From NCBI RefSeq assembly GCF_018977255.1, contig NW_024704743.1, forward strand, positions 81,966,001 to 82,030,000: 64,000 bases of DNA, given 5' to 3'. The DNA comes from Callorhinchus milii (lineage: Eukaryota). Positions 26,479-38,520 of the stretch are shown piece by piece. The translations under genes and the position numbers were made by a program. Position 1 is the stretch's first letter. Each line of letters starts with the position of its first letter. The notes under the pieces are model-generated. The model was not told the DNA's origin. It did no database searches and saw only the letters and a list, made by a program, of their open reading frames with translations.

Positions 26479-28229
26479 TGAACAATATTTTTTATGGAGC
26501 TTTTAATTATGTAATTGACAACCAAATTCCAAGAGTTTATGTCATTCTTGGTTTGATCTGAAAGTTGTTTTCGAAACATTTTGGCTGTCGTCTTGAAGGC
26601 TATCGAACAGGCCTTACTTTATTCTCAAATACTGTAGCTAAACTATTGCTTGAGCACTGCTCCTCAGAATACCAACTCAGATAAGTCTGAATTGTACTCA
26701 CACTTGGTTCTCCGTGATAAGGAGCAGAAATGGAGGAGAGAATCCTTCGGGCCTCAGCATAATGGTTGGGCCCAAAGAATTCTTTGCTCAAAACACTGGC
26801 TCCAAACGCTTAGTGATATCTAAGCTGGTGGCCAAGATATTTTGAAATCCATCAAAGAACCAAACCATTGCACTAAAGTTCAGGGATGGGGGGTGCCCAG
26901 TTCCACAGCCGGCCTTTAAGGAATGGAATGGATGAATTTCATAACAGATAATTATCATATCAGATCTGTTGTGAGATGTCATATTTTTCACCTCATATTT
27001 CCCAAAGCTTTTTTTTAGCTTCCACTTCAGCCTCTCATTACAGTGAAAATGTGATAGCCCACATTCCATGAATATGCCTCCATTCTTTCACTTGTGACTC
27101 TTTTAAGACCTCATCTTGCTGCCTTTGGGATTCACTTGTTAAATTAATCTCCTTCCGAGGCTTGCCTTACCCTCCCAGGGTTTCTGATTCTCACCTTTTT
27201 AGGAAATTGGAGCAGCTCCCAGACATTTCCCCGGGTACCAGGTTGTTCTGTGCAGGAAGGGCTAAAGCTTGACATGGCAGACATTCCCTTTCATGTGTGC
27301 CTCATTTAAGATTTATCAGAACTCCAGCTCTCAGTACCATCCAGTTGGGATGTTTATTTTCAGAGATCTTCTGCTCTCAGGCCAACTTTTGTCCAGCTGT
27401 TTATTTATGCAGCTGTGCCCACATGTCTTGTCTCATTGAACATTATTACTTCACAGATTCAACCCCTGCTTGTAGGTATAGGTGTCAATACATCTAAGCA
27501 TTTATCAGCAATGCTAAAGTGAGGGAATTGTTTTTTCTTGAAAAAATCTGATTCTTAATCTTTACTTCCCAAAAGCAATGGCAAATCATGATGCTGACCC
27601 TTCTTCTTAAGGTCTGCTGTGAAGGCTAGAAAATAGGCATGTGTGTGGGAGGAGGTGGAGGGGAGGGGGAGTGATTTCAGACAAGATTTATTTCAGACAG
27701 AGAGAGAGTTGTGGAAGGTGGAATACATTACCACAAAAAGCAGTAAAAGCTAAGTCCATTACAAGATTTGAAAGGTTTGTTTTGGTCAGTAGGGTTTTGA
27801 CACACAGAGAAAACCATCACCTTGCTTCAGAGTATCCGAACTAAATGAATGAGAGTTCCACATATAGGGGAACCCCATTATAAAGTATTTCATTCTAAGT
27901 ATAAGTCACTTAAAGCCCTTCACAGGATATACTGTAAAGGGTAGTGACTGTATTTCGTAGGCAAATGCGGCAGCCAATTTGTACACAGCAATGTCCCAAA
28001 AACAGCCATGAAGTGACCGATCCTTTTTATCTGGGGGACTGTTGGCCTGGATGCCAGTGGAAACTCTGTTCCCTTTTCAAATAGTGCCATATAATCTTTA
28101 ATGTTTATCTGAACAGGCATACAGGAACAATACACAAAATACTGCAGATGCTGGAAATCTGAAAACAAAAACAGAAATCGCTGGGAACACTCAGCAGGTC
28201 AGGCAGCATCTACGGAGAAAGGAAAGTGA

Positions 28230-28264
28230 GTCAACGTTTCGGGTCGACAACCCTTCGTCAGAAC
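28230..28264 (-). ncRNA. Minimal type I hammerhead ribozyme motif
   Basis: GTT-CTGACGA-A-GGGTT-GTC-GACCC-GAAA-CGTT-GAC: intact core, 5-bp helix II, palindromic ACGT helix III, GUU cleavage triplet. Confidence 0.7.
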
Positions 28265-28339
28265 AGACTGGCGCCTTGGGACGTCCTCCCGACATGAAAG
28301 GCGCTATACAAATGTAATCTTGTTGTTGTTGTTATTGTT

Positions 28340-28374
28340 GTTCTGACGAAGGGCCGTGGACCCGAAACGTTGAC
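28340..28374 (+). ncRNA. Minimal type I hammerhead ribozyme motif
   Basis: GTT-CTGACGA(28343-28349)-A-GGGCC-GTG-GACCC-GAAA(28364-28367)-CGTT-GAC; one mismatch in helix II. Confidence 0.65.
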
Positions 28375-29603
28375 TCACTTTCCTTTCTCCATAGATGCTG
28401 CCTGACCCGCAGAGTGTTCCCAGCAACTTCTGTTTTTGTTTTCAGGTATACAGGACCTCGTTTTAACATCTCATTGTGTCAGAACAGAATATATGAGTTC
28501 AAATTCTGGACTTGAGGCTTGAACCCAGAACCTTCTGACTCAGAACTGAGAGTGCTACTAACTGATCCAGGCTGATACCTAAAGAACAATTGAGGCAAAG
28601 ACCCTTTTATTTTTTTACCAAAAAATCCAAATGCATGCAGAAACCAGCTGGGTTTTCTTCAATATGCCAGTGAGCTTCCTGCATGCCAACTTCCTAGGGA
28701 TTATTATTATTATTATGATGTTGGTGGAAACCTGATTGTTTGAAAGCCAGCTATTTTCTAGTGGTTGAGAAGTGACCGTACACTTTCCTGATTGACATTT
28801 GACTCGATTGTAAGGCTGGTTGGGATTCTGTGGACCCCAAATTACCATATTCCTACAGAGCTCTGCTATATGGAGGAACGTTTCCATACGTCTGGCATGG
28901 ATTATGTACTCCTCAGAGGGACAAACTCTGATTACCTAATCTCAGGGCATTTAATAGGGAATTGGCTGAATATTTATAACAATAAATGGTGTGGGGAAAT
29001 GGCAGGAGAATAGAATCAAGCAGATACATCAGTGAGGGAGCTAACACCAGGGATGATGCATTTGGCCAAATGACCTCTTTCAATCCTGTGTAAATCTTCC
29101 ATGATTCTACATCTGAAAGTCACCACTTGGCAGATTACTGTATTTTGTTGCTTGCTTACGTGACATTTTCTTTTCCTGTAGAAAAGACATCATCCAAACC
29201 CCCTCCCCACACCCAAGTGAGAATGAGTGATAGACTGAAGCAGTAGCTATCTGTCTTCCAACTGCTGAAACACCTCCTACACTACCCAGCCCGACTTTCC
29301 TTTCTTGTCTCCTAATCTCAATACCATCCAATATGAGCCCCTATAGTGAGATTTTCTGGGATTCAGTCCCAGTCTTAGTTAGTTCTACTTAAATGTTCAG
29401 TATTTACATCTACAAGTGTTTACGAAAAGGTATAATTTTCAGTGTCATGTGGATTAGTTCCGCTTTTTATTAGAGAGAAGTAAAACACTGACTGCTGCCT
29501 GTAGTCTTTAGTGCAGTCTTTTGGTGTGGCCCTTGGTTTGATCAGAATTGTTAATTTATGTTTTTTCAAATTTTCTTTCCTTTGATCCCAGAGGTGTTAA
29601 CGT

Positions 29604-29904
29604 GGAGTCCTGTAGCTCAGTGGTCAGAGCACTCGCTTCGCAAGCGAGAGACCTGAGTTCAATTCCAGGCAGAGCGAAACCTTGGGCAAGTTTCCTTACT
29701 GCACACGCCTAATAATAATCCCTCCAAAACCAAAAACAATAATAAATTGGTCATTTTCAATCTACGACTGTTTGTGGGACATTGCTGTGCGCAATTGGCT
29801 GCCGCATTCGCCCACAAATATACAGTCAATTCACTTTACAGTATATTCTGTGAAGCGCTTTGGGACGTCTAGAAGACGTGAAAAGCGCTATATCAAATGC
29901 AAGG

Positions 29905-29932
<28 letters not shown>
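29604..29932 (+). mobile_element. Young tRNA-Ala SINE, full length, short variant
   Basis: A box TAGCTCAGTGG, B box GAGTTCAATTCC, L2-type tail hairpin, (ATT)9. Confidence 0.95.
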
Positions 29933-29933
<1 letters not shown>

Positions 29934-29936
<3 letters not shown>

Positions 29937-30100
29937 AAGAACATAAGAAATAGGAGCAGGAGTAGGCCATTTGGCCCCTCGAGCCTGCCCCGCCATTTAA
30001 TAAGATCATGGCTGATCGTCTAACCTACTTCCATTTATTTGCCCTATCCCCATATCCCTTTAGTTTTTAAAAATCTATCAATCTCAGTCTTGAATATGTA
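29934..30100 (-). mobile_element. CR1 3' tail
   Basis: (CATAAGAA)2 and GGAGCAGGAGTAGGCCATT. Confidence 0.85.
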
Positions 30101-30464
30101 GAATATATAGGTGTTGGTTCACACTGGTGCACACTTCCTCATATGATCTATCAGCCTTCTGATAATTTGCCCAGATGATTGTTTTTTATGTGGGAGCCAA
30201 AGCAGTGAACAGGCTATTTGATCATGAGGGCATCGCCTTCATGGATCCTTTCCTCAACAGGGATGAGAAATTCCATTTGTCAGTAAAGTTACTCCCCCCG
30301 GTGACCAGTGCTTCTATTAGAAAACCCAACCTTGAACACAGTCTTAAAAGTAATCCAATGCTGCATTTAATATAAGATTTTCCATTTGTAATTCACCCAT
30401 AAAATACACAGTCACTACACTTTACAATATATCCTCTGAAGCACTTTTAGCTATTTTCCCTTGA

Positions 30465-30790
30465 TCCAAAATGGGTCATGGCATGGATGTGGGGTAGAAA
30501 GGACAGCTGAGGATCAAACAAGGTGCCAAGGTTTCGGACTGGCTTAGTAAGGTGGAGTGTGCATCTATGGATGGTAATGCTGTCAGCGTCTGAGGTGTGA
30601 TGGTGCTGACAGGAGCAAATCAGGAGAGCCTCCGTCTTGTTAAGCATCAACCGGAGAAAGTTAGCTCTCATCCAGGACTCTCTGCCCTCCACCCTTCTTG
30701 AGCCCAACCCCCTGCTCGGGTCCAAATCATTGACTGTCTGGTGCCTTGAGATGTCTTCCCGATGTGAAAGGCGCCATACAAATGTACATT
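30465..30790. mobile_element. L2 internal fragment (-, about 30465-30678) joined to an L2 3'UTR and tail (+, about 30680-30790)
   Basis: WMRANFL..NKTEALL..RNLGTLFDPQLSF on minus; CCTGCTCGGGTCC...GTGAAAGGCGC on plus. Confidence 0.75.
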
Positions 30791-30805
30791 TGACAAATGT
30801 AATTT

Positions 30806-31124
30806 GGAGACCTGTAGCTCAGTGATTAGAGCACTCGCCTTGCAAGCGAGACACCTAGGTTCAATTCCAGGCAGGGCGAAACCTTGGGCAAGTTTCCTTA
30901 CTCCACACGCCTAATAATAATCCCTCCTAAACAGAAAACAATAATAAATTGATCATTTTCAATCCACGACTGTTTGTGGGATGCTGCTGTGCACAATTGG
31001 CTGCCGCGTTTCGCCCACAAATATAGAGTCAATTCACTTTACAGTCTATTCTGTGAAGTGCTTTGAGACGTCTAGAAGACGTGAAAAGTGCTATATCAAA
31101 TGCAAGGATTATTATTATTATTAT
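30806..31124 (+). mobile_element. Young tRNA-Ala SINE, short variant
   Basis: Collinear with 29604-29932. Confidence 0.92.
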
Positions 31125-31548
31125 AATTTGTTTTTCTCTGATGTGAAAGGTGCTGTATCAAATGCATGGATTATATCATTATTATTATATTAAAGTGTCT
31201 GAGTCTTCAAATACTTATGTATCTGGAAGCTTTCTAGAGCTCCCTTTCCTGCAAAAGTCAGGTTTCCAAAGGTCTGAGTCTGAAACAGAGATAACGGGAA
31301 TCAGCTGTTTAGCTCCGGAGCACCAACTTTTCTTTCAACACTTCCTCCAGCGAAAAAGCTGATCTGACTCCCAGTTGAGTCTTGGCAGATCCAAAGTTGG
31401 GGAAAGCTGCTGTTGTACTTCGCTAGTTGCCCCCGGCAGCAGGCTGTTCTCCAGAAATAAACTCGCATTGTAAAAAAGTCATAAGTCATTGTTCATTTTA
31501 TATGGCCTTGTTGGTACCTGAAGCAGTTCTCACAAAGCTGAATACAGT

Positions 31549-31852
31549 TAATAATAAACCTTGCATTTGATATAGAGCTTTTTCATGTCTTCGAGACATC
31601 TGAAAGCATTTCAGAGTACCCTGTGAAGTGAGTTGACTTTTTTTGTGGGCGAAACGCGGAAGCCAATTGCACACAGCAGCGTCTCACAAACAGTCGTGGA
31701 TTGAAGTGGTCAATTTTATTGCTTTTTCTTCTTGAGGGATTATTATTAGGCATGTGGAGAAAGCAAATTTGCCCAAGTTTTCGCCCTGCCGGGAATCAAA
31801 CCCAGGTCTCTCGCTTGCAAGGCGAGCGCTCTAACCACTGAGCTACAAGACT
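31549..31852 (-). mobile_element. tRNA-Ala SINE, short variant, more diverged
   Basis: Reverse complement collinear with 29604-29932. Confidence 0.88.
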
Positions 31853-32160
31853 ACTACTTGAGTCCTGAGTTAGCGCTGTTGTAAGATTCTGCACTCTCTG
31901 TTTAGATTAAAATATCACAGTGGGCAGCTCAGATGGAGGAGAATGTAGCTATTTAAACTGTATGTGAGTGCTGAACGAGTCCAAGACTTTGCAGCATGAC
32001 GTATGGGTAGACATGTCCAACAACTATAACAACAACAAGATTACATTGTGTAGTGCCTTTCACGTCGGGAAGACGTCCCGAGCCAAGGCTCCCACTGAAT
32101 TTTTGGGCTGAATTTATACTGAACATGTACAGGAATATCTTACACTGCGAAACCTGCATA

Positions 32161-32473
32161 AGTCCTGTAGCTCAGTGGTTAGAGCATTCGCTTTGCAAGT
32201 GAGAGATCTGAGTTCAATACCAGGCAGCACGAAACCGTGGGCAAGTTTCCTTACTCCACACACCTAATAATAATCCCTCCAAAACCAAGAACAATAATAA
32301 AATTGGTCATTTTCAATCTACGACTGTTTGTGGGACACTGCTGTGCGCAATTGGCTGCCGCGTTTGCCCACTAATATACAGTCAATTCACTTTACAGTAT
32401 ATTCTGTGAAGCGCTTTGGGACGTCTAGAAGACGTGAAAAGCGCTATATCAAATGCAAGGATTATTATTATTA
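32161..32473 (+). mobile_element. Young tRNA-Ala SINE, short variant
   Basis: Collinear with 29604-29932. Confidence 0.93.
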
Positions 32474-32671
32474 TAAATGTAATCTGGAATACAGGCCGGA
32501 TGCTCATTTGTTTGAAACAACACTGGAGTTGGAGGACGTCTGTGTGTTATGATTCCTATGGTAAATTTCCCATTAATGTACTCAAATGGGATCCAGAAAG
32601 TAATCTAAAAATGTGTAGTTTGTTGTGTACTGACAGTTAAGATGCAGCTCATGCAAATTATGCAATTTATT

Positions 32672-33030
32672 GGAGTCCCATAGCTAAGTGGTTAGAGCAC
32701 TCCCCTCGCAAGCAAGAGACCTGGGTTTCATTCCCAGCAGGGCAAAATGTTGTGCAAGTTTCCTTACTCCACACGCCTCTGTTTACCTACCAGTAAGTAA
32801 AATTGGTGGATCACTTTTCCGGGGGTTATAATTTCTTAAAAAATAATAATAATAAATTGGTCACTCAATCCACGGCTGTTTGTGGGAGACTGCTGTGCGC
32901 AATTGGCTGCCGTGTTTCGACTATAAAATATACAGTCAATTCACTTTGCAGTATATTCTGTGAAGCACTTGAGATGTCTTGGAGACGTGATAAGGCACTA
33001 TGTCAAATGCAAGGATTATTATTATTATTA
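32672..33030 (+). mobile_element. tRNA-Ala SINE, long variant
   Basis: Extra CTGTTTACCTA.CAGTAAGTA...TTTTCCGGGGGT segment. Confidence 0.88.
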
Positions 33031-35711
33031 CATAGGTACAAAAATAGAAATAGCAATGCAGATTGACGTTGTCTATTTTAAGCAGTTATATCATCATTTT
33101 TTAAACATTAAGCATGGTGGCAACAATCTGGGACTGGTACGTACAGAGCTACTCTTTGCCTGAGTGCACAGCGTTGCTGAGCTGCCAGAATTAATTAGAA
33201 TTAATGGCATAGGGGGTGCGTGAAAATATTTTTTGTGAGGAGCTGAGTAAACTAAGTTAAAGGGTCCATCCCTTTTAAGACTGGTGAGCTGTTGGCTTGA
33301 CTGGAAGGTCCATCGGCCAATCAGATGTCATGACACTTGGAGGAGCAACCCACTAGACCAGAAGTGGGCGGTGACAACCATGGTGGACCCCTTAAAGAGG
33401 TGAATTGCAGATAGATGGGGGGTTGGGAGCTGAGTGTCCACTAGCCCTAGCTATCCTCTGTTTCGGCTACCAGCTCACATTGCTTCAATGGCACCTGTAG
33501 TTCAACTGGACATATCTTTGTTTCCATCCACTGCAAACTTGATATTTTTTATGCATTTTCATAATTTATGCAACTTCGAGTTGTATCCAAAACCAGAATC
33601 CACAAATAACCCAGGAATTCCCAAATGCAAATATCACAAATTAGGAATGAAGGATGCAGCTTACATTTCTGTAGCACCACATTGCATCTTTTCATGTTTA
33701 AATGTCTCAAAACACTTTACAGTAATTGCTGTCTGTTTTTGTCAGCAGACATGGCAGGCATTTTGCACAGAGTAAAGTCCCACTGTTAGCGAGGACACTG
33801 GAAGAAACTCACGGTTCTCTTTGAATAGTGTCATGGAATCTTCTGCGGATGACATCGCCCAGAGGGAGCATATAGATAAGGGGGCAACAGGAGAAAAGAC
33901 TGAAGGGCAATAGGAAAAAAGACTTTCTCCTATTGCCATTCAGATGTGTTCACTACATAACCCTATGCGGGAACTTGCTATGCATAAACAACTGCTGTAT
34001 TTACCGACATTAATCACTACCCTGACAATAATGACCTGTGAGGAAACTTGAGATACTTTGACATGATAAAGCTGCCTAAAAGTGCAAGCTCTCTTTTTCC
34101 ATATTGTACACAAAAGAAGACAACTGTAACACTGTCAAGGAAATGCTCTGCAAGGTTCTTATTGTTTTGTAATATTATAACATATTAGTATTGTATAGAG
34201 GTTTACTGGTTTCTGTTACAGCTATCCCCTAGGAGGCTGCACCAATCTATAACAATGCTAAGGAACTGGTTGGATTTCTGAATGGGATATCTTATAAGAT
34301 ACTTTAGTAGCACTGACTGAACTGGACAATGCAGATCATAGCTTGAATTGATTCTGTTCAGTAGAGGGCAACTCTTTCAGATCAATGTTAAACACCCGGA
34401 TCTGTCACAGTGCTTCCCTTTTAGAATATTGGTCTATTAGAAACAGGTACCAGATTGAAACCAGATCTGCTGATGGGGTAGAACGTGTTTTGGAAAAAAT
34501 TAGTTTCTAAAGGTCTTTTTGTTAACATGTGAAATCCTCTGGTTTGTGCTGCATCACCCCTTACAATTGATTAATTACAGCAATTTATGTGTTCCACAGA
34601 CCCAAGTCATATCCAGCTCAGAAACACTGTATTTATTTAAGAATCATTCATTTGTTTTTGATTTGTAACCTATTGCATTTCTAATAACTGCAGGTTCAAG
34701 TTCCAAAACAATTGGTCCAGCTAATATAAGAATCTCATTTATAGACTACAAAACTTCCCTTGTTGCACTTTTTAAAAAAAACTTATTTCTGATCTGTGCA
34801 TCTGCTAGTGATTAATTTCAAAAACTCCTGAAATCTGAGAGCTGTCAGCTGAGAAACATAATATTGGCTGCTGAAAAGGTGGAGTTAATGGCCATGTTTA
34901 TTTTAGTAATTTCTGTCCAACTTTTCAATTGTCATTAAATTGGTTGTATTGGTTAGGAACGAATCGTCTGGTATTATACACAAAGAAAAGCAAGGTCTGT
35001 GGAGAACAGAGAATATTGAATGTCCTAATCTAAATTTGTAATGCCTAAGGCCGATTTAGGACCAGCTAAATGAGGTGCCATTGAGTCTAAAGTTCACTGT
35101 CAAACAAACTGTTTGACACATGCCAGTAGTGCATCAAGTCACTTACAAAGTCCCATAAGCACTTGCACTTGGGCATAGCAGCTGTTCCAAAGTACAAGTT
35201 GCCCATAAAGAGCCTCTTGTCACCACATCTTGGTGCCCGCCATGTGGAAGAATCTTCTACCTCATGCCGTCAGGATTTAAAACTGTTTGATTGAGAAACA
35301 TCAAAGCAGGGTCTTTGCATAATCAATCACGCATTAAATATGTTTCTGCAGGTCCGTTCTGTAGAAGTGGTTGCACATATAACTTTGGATTTTCACTATG
35401 AATAACTGGCGTTAAATTCATTCTTTGTTGAATGTAAAAGGAGAAGCTGGTCCATTTAGTCTGTAGTGAATAACTAGCAACAAAACCTTCCCCTGGAGCC
35501 AGCAGCAATGCAATGCTCTGCACTCATGATGTATCTGGGCGGCATCAGAGTCTACTATTCAGCGTTTGAAAACCAGAAGTTGCTGCATTAATTGTGACTT
35601 CTGTTTTGTTCTGAAATCGCACAATCTATCAACAAAATATCCTAAAATTATCTTAGAAAAAATGTCAATCTCAATGGCTGTTCTACTTGTGGAGTTGCAT
35701 AGAATAATGTG

Positions 35712-35880
35712 TGCTCTCCTCACAAGCGAGAGGACCAAGGTTTGATTCCCGGGCAAGATGAAACCTTAGGTAAGTTTTCTTACTCCATACGCTTCTGTTT
35801 ACCTAGCAGTAAGTAGGAACCCAGTTGTTAGTTAATTGGGAGATTACTTTCCAGGGGTAATAATCCGTCAAAACAAAAAT
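35712..35880 (+). mobile_element. tRNA-Ala SINE long variant, 5' half only
   Basis: CAAGCGAGAGGACC...GTTTACCTAGCAGTAAGTAGGAACC. Confidence 0.75.
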
Positions 35881-36886
35881 ATTGTATTTCCAATTCAGAA
35901 GAAGCACAAATTGCAGGCACATTGCAAAAGTACTATGCTTGCTATGCTCCAGTCCCTGAAATTTAGAGTGTAATTGTCTCTGTATATTAGGCACATGGAA
36001 TGGCAGGGGGTGACATCTAGACTTAGCCTGGAAAACTATTTCATCTGAAAATACAATTTTCAAGAGAATTGTGGAAAATTCACAGATTTATTTTTAGTTC
36101 AGAAGTAAATTCCCACAGAAAAAAGATCTGCATTTGGTGAGTGAAGTAGAATGCTGAACAGGTATTCAGGCAATCATACTGAAGCATCAGTAGGTGAGCC
36201 TGGTTCCTCAAGGTTGTGACTCACATAGCATTATTGTGGATGAAAAATAAAATGGGCCAGATAAACAAGGAACAAATTATCATTCTAGTTAGGGAATGTG
36301 GAAAAACAAGAAACAATTGTAAGGTTAAGTGAATTCATTAAAAAAATTCTTCCCGCAAAGGGTTGTGAAAATCAGGAATGCACTGTCAGGAAAAGCCATT
36401 GATGCAGAATTAAATGAGGTGTGTCAGGAGGAGATAGATATAAGAGAATCCCAGTAATAACCCCTTTCAATACAGCGCTGGTTCGCTTGTAAAAAGACCC
36501 CAACCTTTACAGGTTTTATCCCATTATTAAATCCCTTTCTATACTGAAGGTACTAGGTTAACACAAGTGCTATGTAAACCCACAGTTACTGGAAGTGTCG
36601 TACACTTTCAACTTCCGACTCAAGCTGGCCAACTATGCCCTTGTTCTCCTTAAACACCCCAAAACAAAGGCGCTGATATCTTAACAGCCCATTGCTGCCT
36701 GTGTGATAATCTTCCCTTCAACAAGTTCAGCCTAATATTCACATCATAAAGTTTTTTTCATACTAATTCAAATTAGTCCCCAAACCCTTAAAGACATACC
36801 TTTCATGATGGACTCGAAGACTGATTTATTCTGTGATCACCAGCAGGTTTATCTCCTTTTTCTTATTACCTCAGTAGGTAAGCTTG

Positions 36887-37652
36887 CATCAAGTCCTGGA
36901 TTAGAGCTAACTTTCTTTGTTGAAAGTCAACAAGACCGGGGATCTCCTGATTGGCTCCCGTCAGCGCCTCCTCACCTCAGGCACTGACAGCATCACCATC
37001 CATGGTTGCACACTCCACCTCACTGAGCCAGTCCCGAACCTTGGGGTCTTGTTTGACCCTCAACTATCCTTTCTACCCCACATCTGCACCATGACCCGCT
37101 CTGCCTTCCCTCATCTCCACAATGTCACCTGGTTCCGACCCTATCTCACACTGCAGGCTGCCGAAACTCTCATACATGCATGCCTTCATTACATTGAGGC
37201 TCGACTATGCAAACTCACTGCTTGTCGGCCCCCCCAACTCCTCCCTCGCGGGCTGCAGATCATCCAGAACACTGCAGCTCGTGTCTTCTCCCGCACTATG
37301 GTCCGCGACTCTATCACCCCATCCTTGCCCAACTCCACTGGCTTCCCATCTCACAGAGGATACAGTTCAAGATCCTGGTCCTCACCTTCAAAGCTCTCCA
37401 TGATCTTGCTCTCCCCTACTTCTGTGACCTCCTAATCCCTCTATCATCCTGTTCGCTCCCTCCGTTCAGTGGGCTCCGGCCTGCTTCACATGCCCCGCCT
37501 TGCTCACCCCACTATTGGCGGGCGGGCTTTCGCCCACTCAGCCCCCTCCCTCTGGAACTCCATCCCGCAGTCCTTCCATCTCGCCTCCTCCCTCGCCACC
37601 TTCAAGACCCACCTCAAGACCCTCCTCTTCGACCGTGCTTTCAATTCTCCCT
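36887..37652 (+). mobile_element. L2 LINE ORF2 C-terminal fragment
   Basis: NLGVLFDPQLSF, RLDYANSLL, QLHWLPISQRIQFKIL, LWNSIP. Confidence 0.92.
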
Positions 37653-38097
37653 GAGAATGTGATATAACGTAATGATCAAAGCATAATATTCAGTAGGTCA
37701 TTCCGTGGAAACATTCCAGTGGTGCATTCCTCGTCTGCTTGGAATCTTTTGTAGCACCTCAAATATTAAGTCATCTCAGCTATTCTACACTATTTCTACC
37801 ATTAACAAGCTGTGATCTGTATGAGGACTGTATGGCATTTCCTGAACAGTGTCATGGTGCTGAAGGCGACAACACACAATCCCAACCACTTGTCATTGTG
37901 AATCCCAGCAGGGCATATGGGAAATGGGTGGGGGGATCATTTCATTCTACGTTTCTTCTGCAAACGTTGAAGGTGTTATTTTGTCTGCTCCCCAAGTCTG
38001 ACGTCTCTGAAATTTGAACTTGACTTTCTGGTACTATTGATCTAGTTGCACTTCCCCAGTATTGTCCATGTTACAGCTGTTATCAGTTTGTATTGCA

Positions 38098-38520
38098 GAC
38101 ACACTCATTCACAGATGGCCAGGGTCATTGTAGTAGTGAATCCCTAAAGATCTTTTTAATGAATTTCAGCCATATACACAGCCATTTCTCAGATCAACAA
38201 TCTCAATGTAAGCATGTATATATAAGGATGATACTAATAGCTTTCACACATACACATGTCCAATTCACAGATGGACAACCTCATTGTAAGCTTGAGATCA
38301 TAAAGGTATCACTAATAGATTTTAGATTTGCCCATGTACACAGATGGACAGCCTCACTGCAACAGTCAGTCCATTAAGGACCTTACTGATGGATTTCAAA
38401 CACACATTTGCACAGACAGAGAAGCTTGTAAGAGCAGTCAGTCCATTAAAGATTTGAAAGAGTTTGTAGACTACGTAAAGATGCATACGTTTACATACAG
38501 ATGTACAGATTCAATGTGGG
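38098..38520. repeat. Degenerate tandem array, six units of 72-85 bp
   Basis: CAGAT/CAGAC anchors at 38112, 38190, 38268, 38341, 38413 and 38498, with shared CTCATTGTAA, TAAAG and CTAAT.GATTT blocks. Confidence 0.7.

Larger units (their letters stand above)
28127..28445. mobile_element. Palindromic Penelope-like element end with an L2 tail spacer
   Basis: 107-bp arms 28159-28265 / 28339-28445 (8 mismatches by hand count); TSD CAGG(C/T)ATACAGGA at 28114-28126 and 28443-28455. Confidence 0.85.
27918..28580 (-). mobile_element. Old Deu-type SINE split by the Penelope-like insertion
   Basis: Body runs CTGAACAGGCATACAGGA | CCTCGTTTTAACATCTCA across the insert; head CTTGAACCCAGAACCTTCTGACTCAG. 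Confidence 0.75.

Noticed and set aside
26600..27069. Two adjacent minus-strand ORFs with a GTGAGT donor near 26700
   Set aside because: No frame is open from the candidate acceptor to the donor, and the peptides are not recognisable
29604..29680. tRNA-Ala-like cloverleaf (also in the other young SINE copies, mostly with TGC anticodon)
   Set aside because: Always continues into the same SINE body, has no oligo-T terminator after the acceptor stem, and stems are imperfect; it is a SINE head, not a tRNA gene
23493..33163. Family of similar ORFs ending CKDYYYY
   Set aside because: Translations of the SINE body and (ATT)n tail; starts and frames are inconsistent between copies
38098..38520. CRISPR-like periodicity
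   Set aside because: Similarity extends across whole units with no invariant repeat and unique spacer, no cas genes, and a vertebrate context
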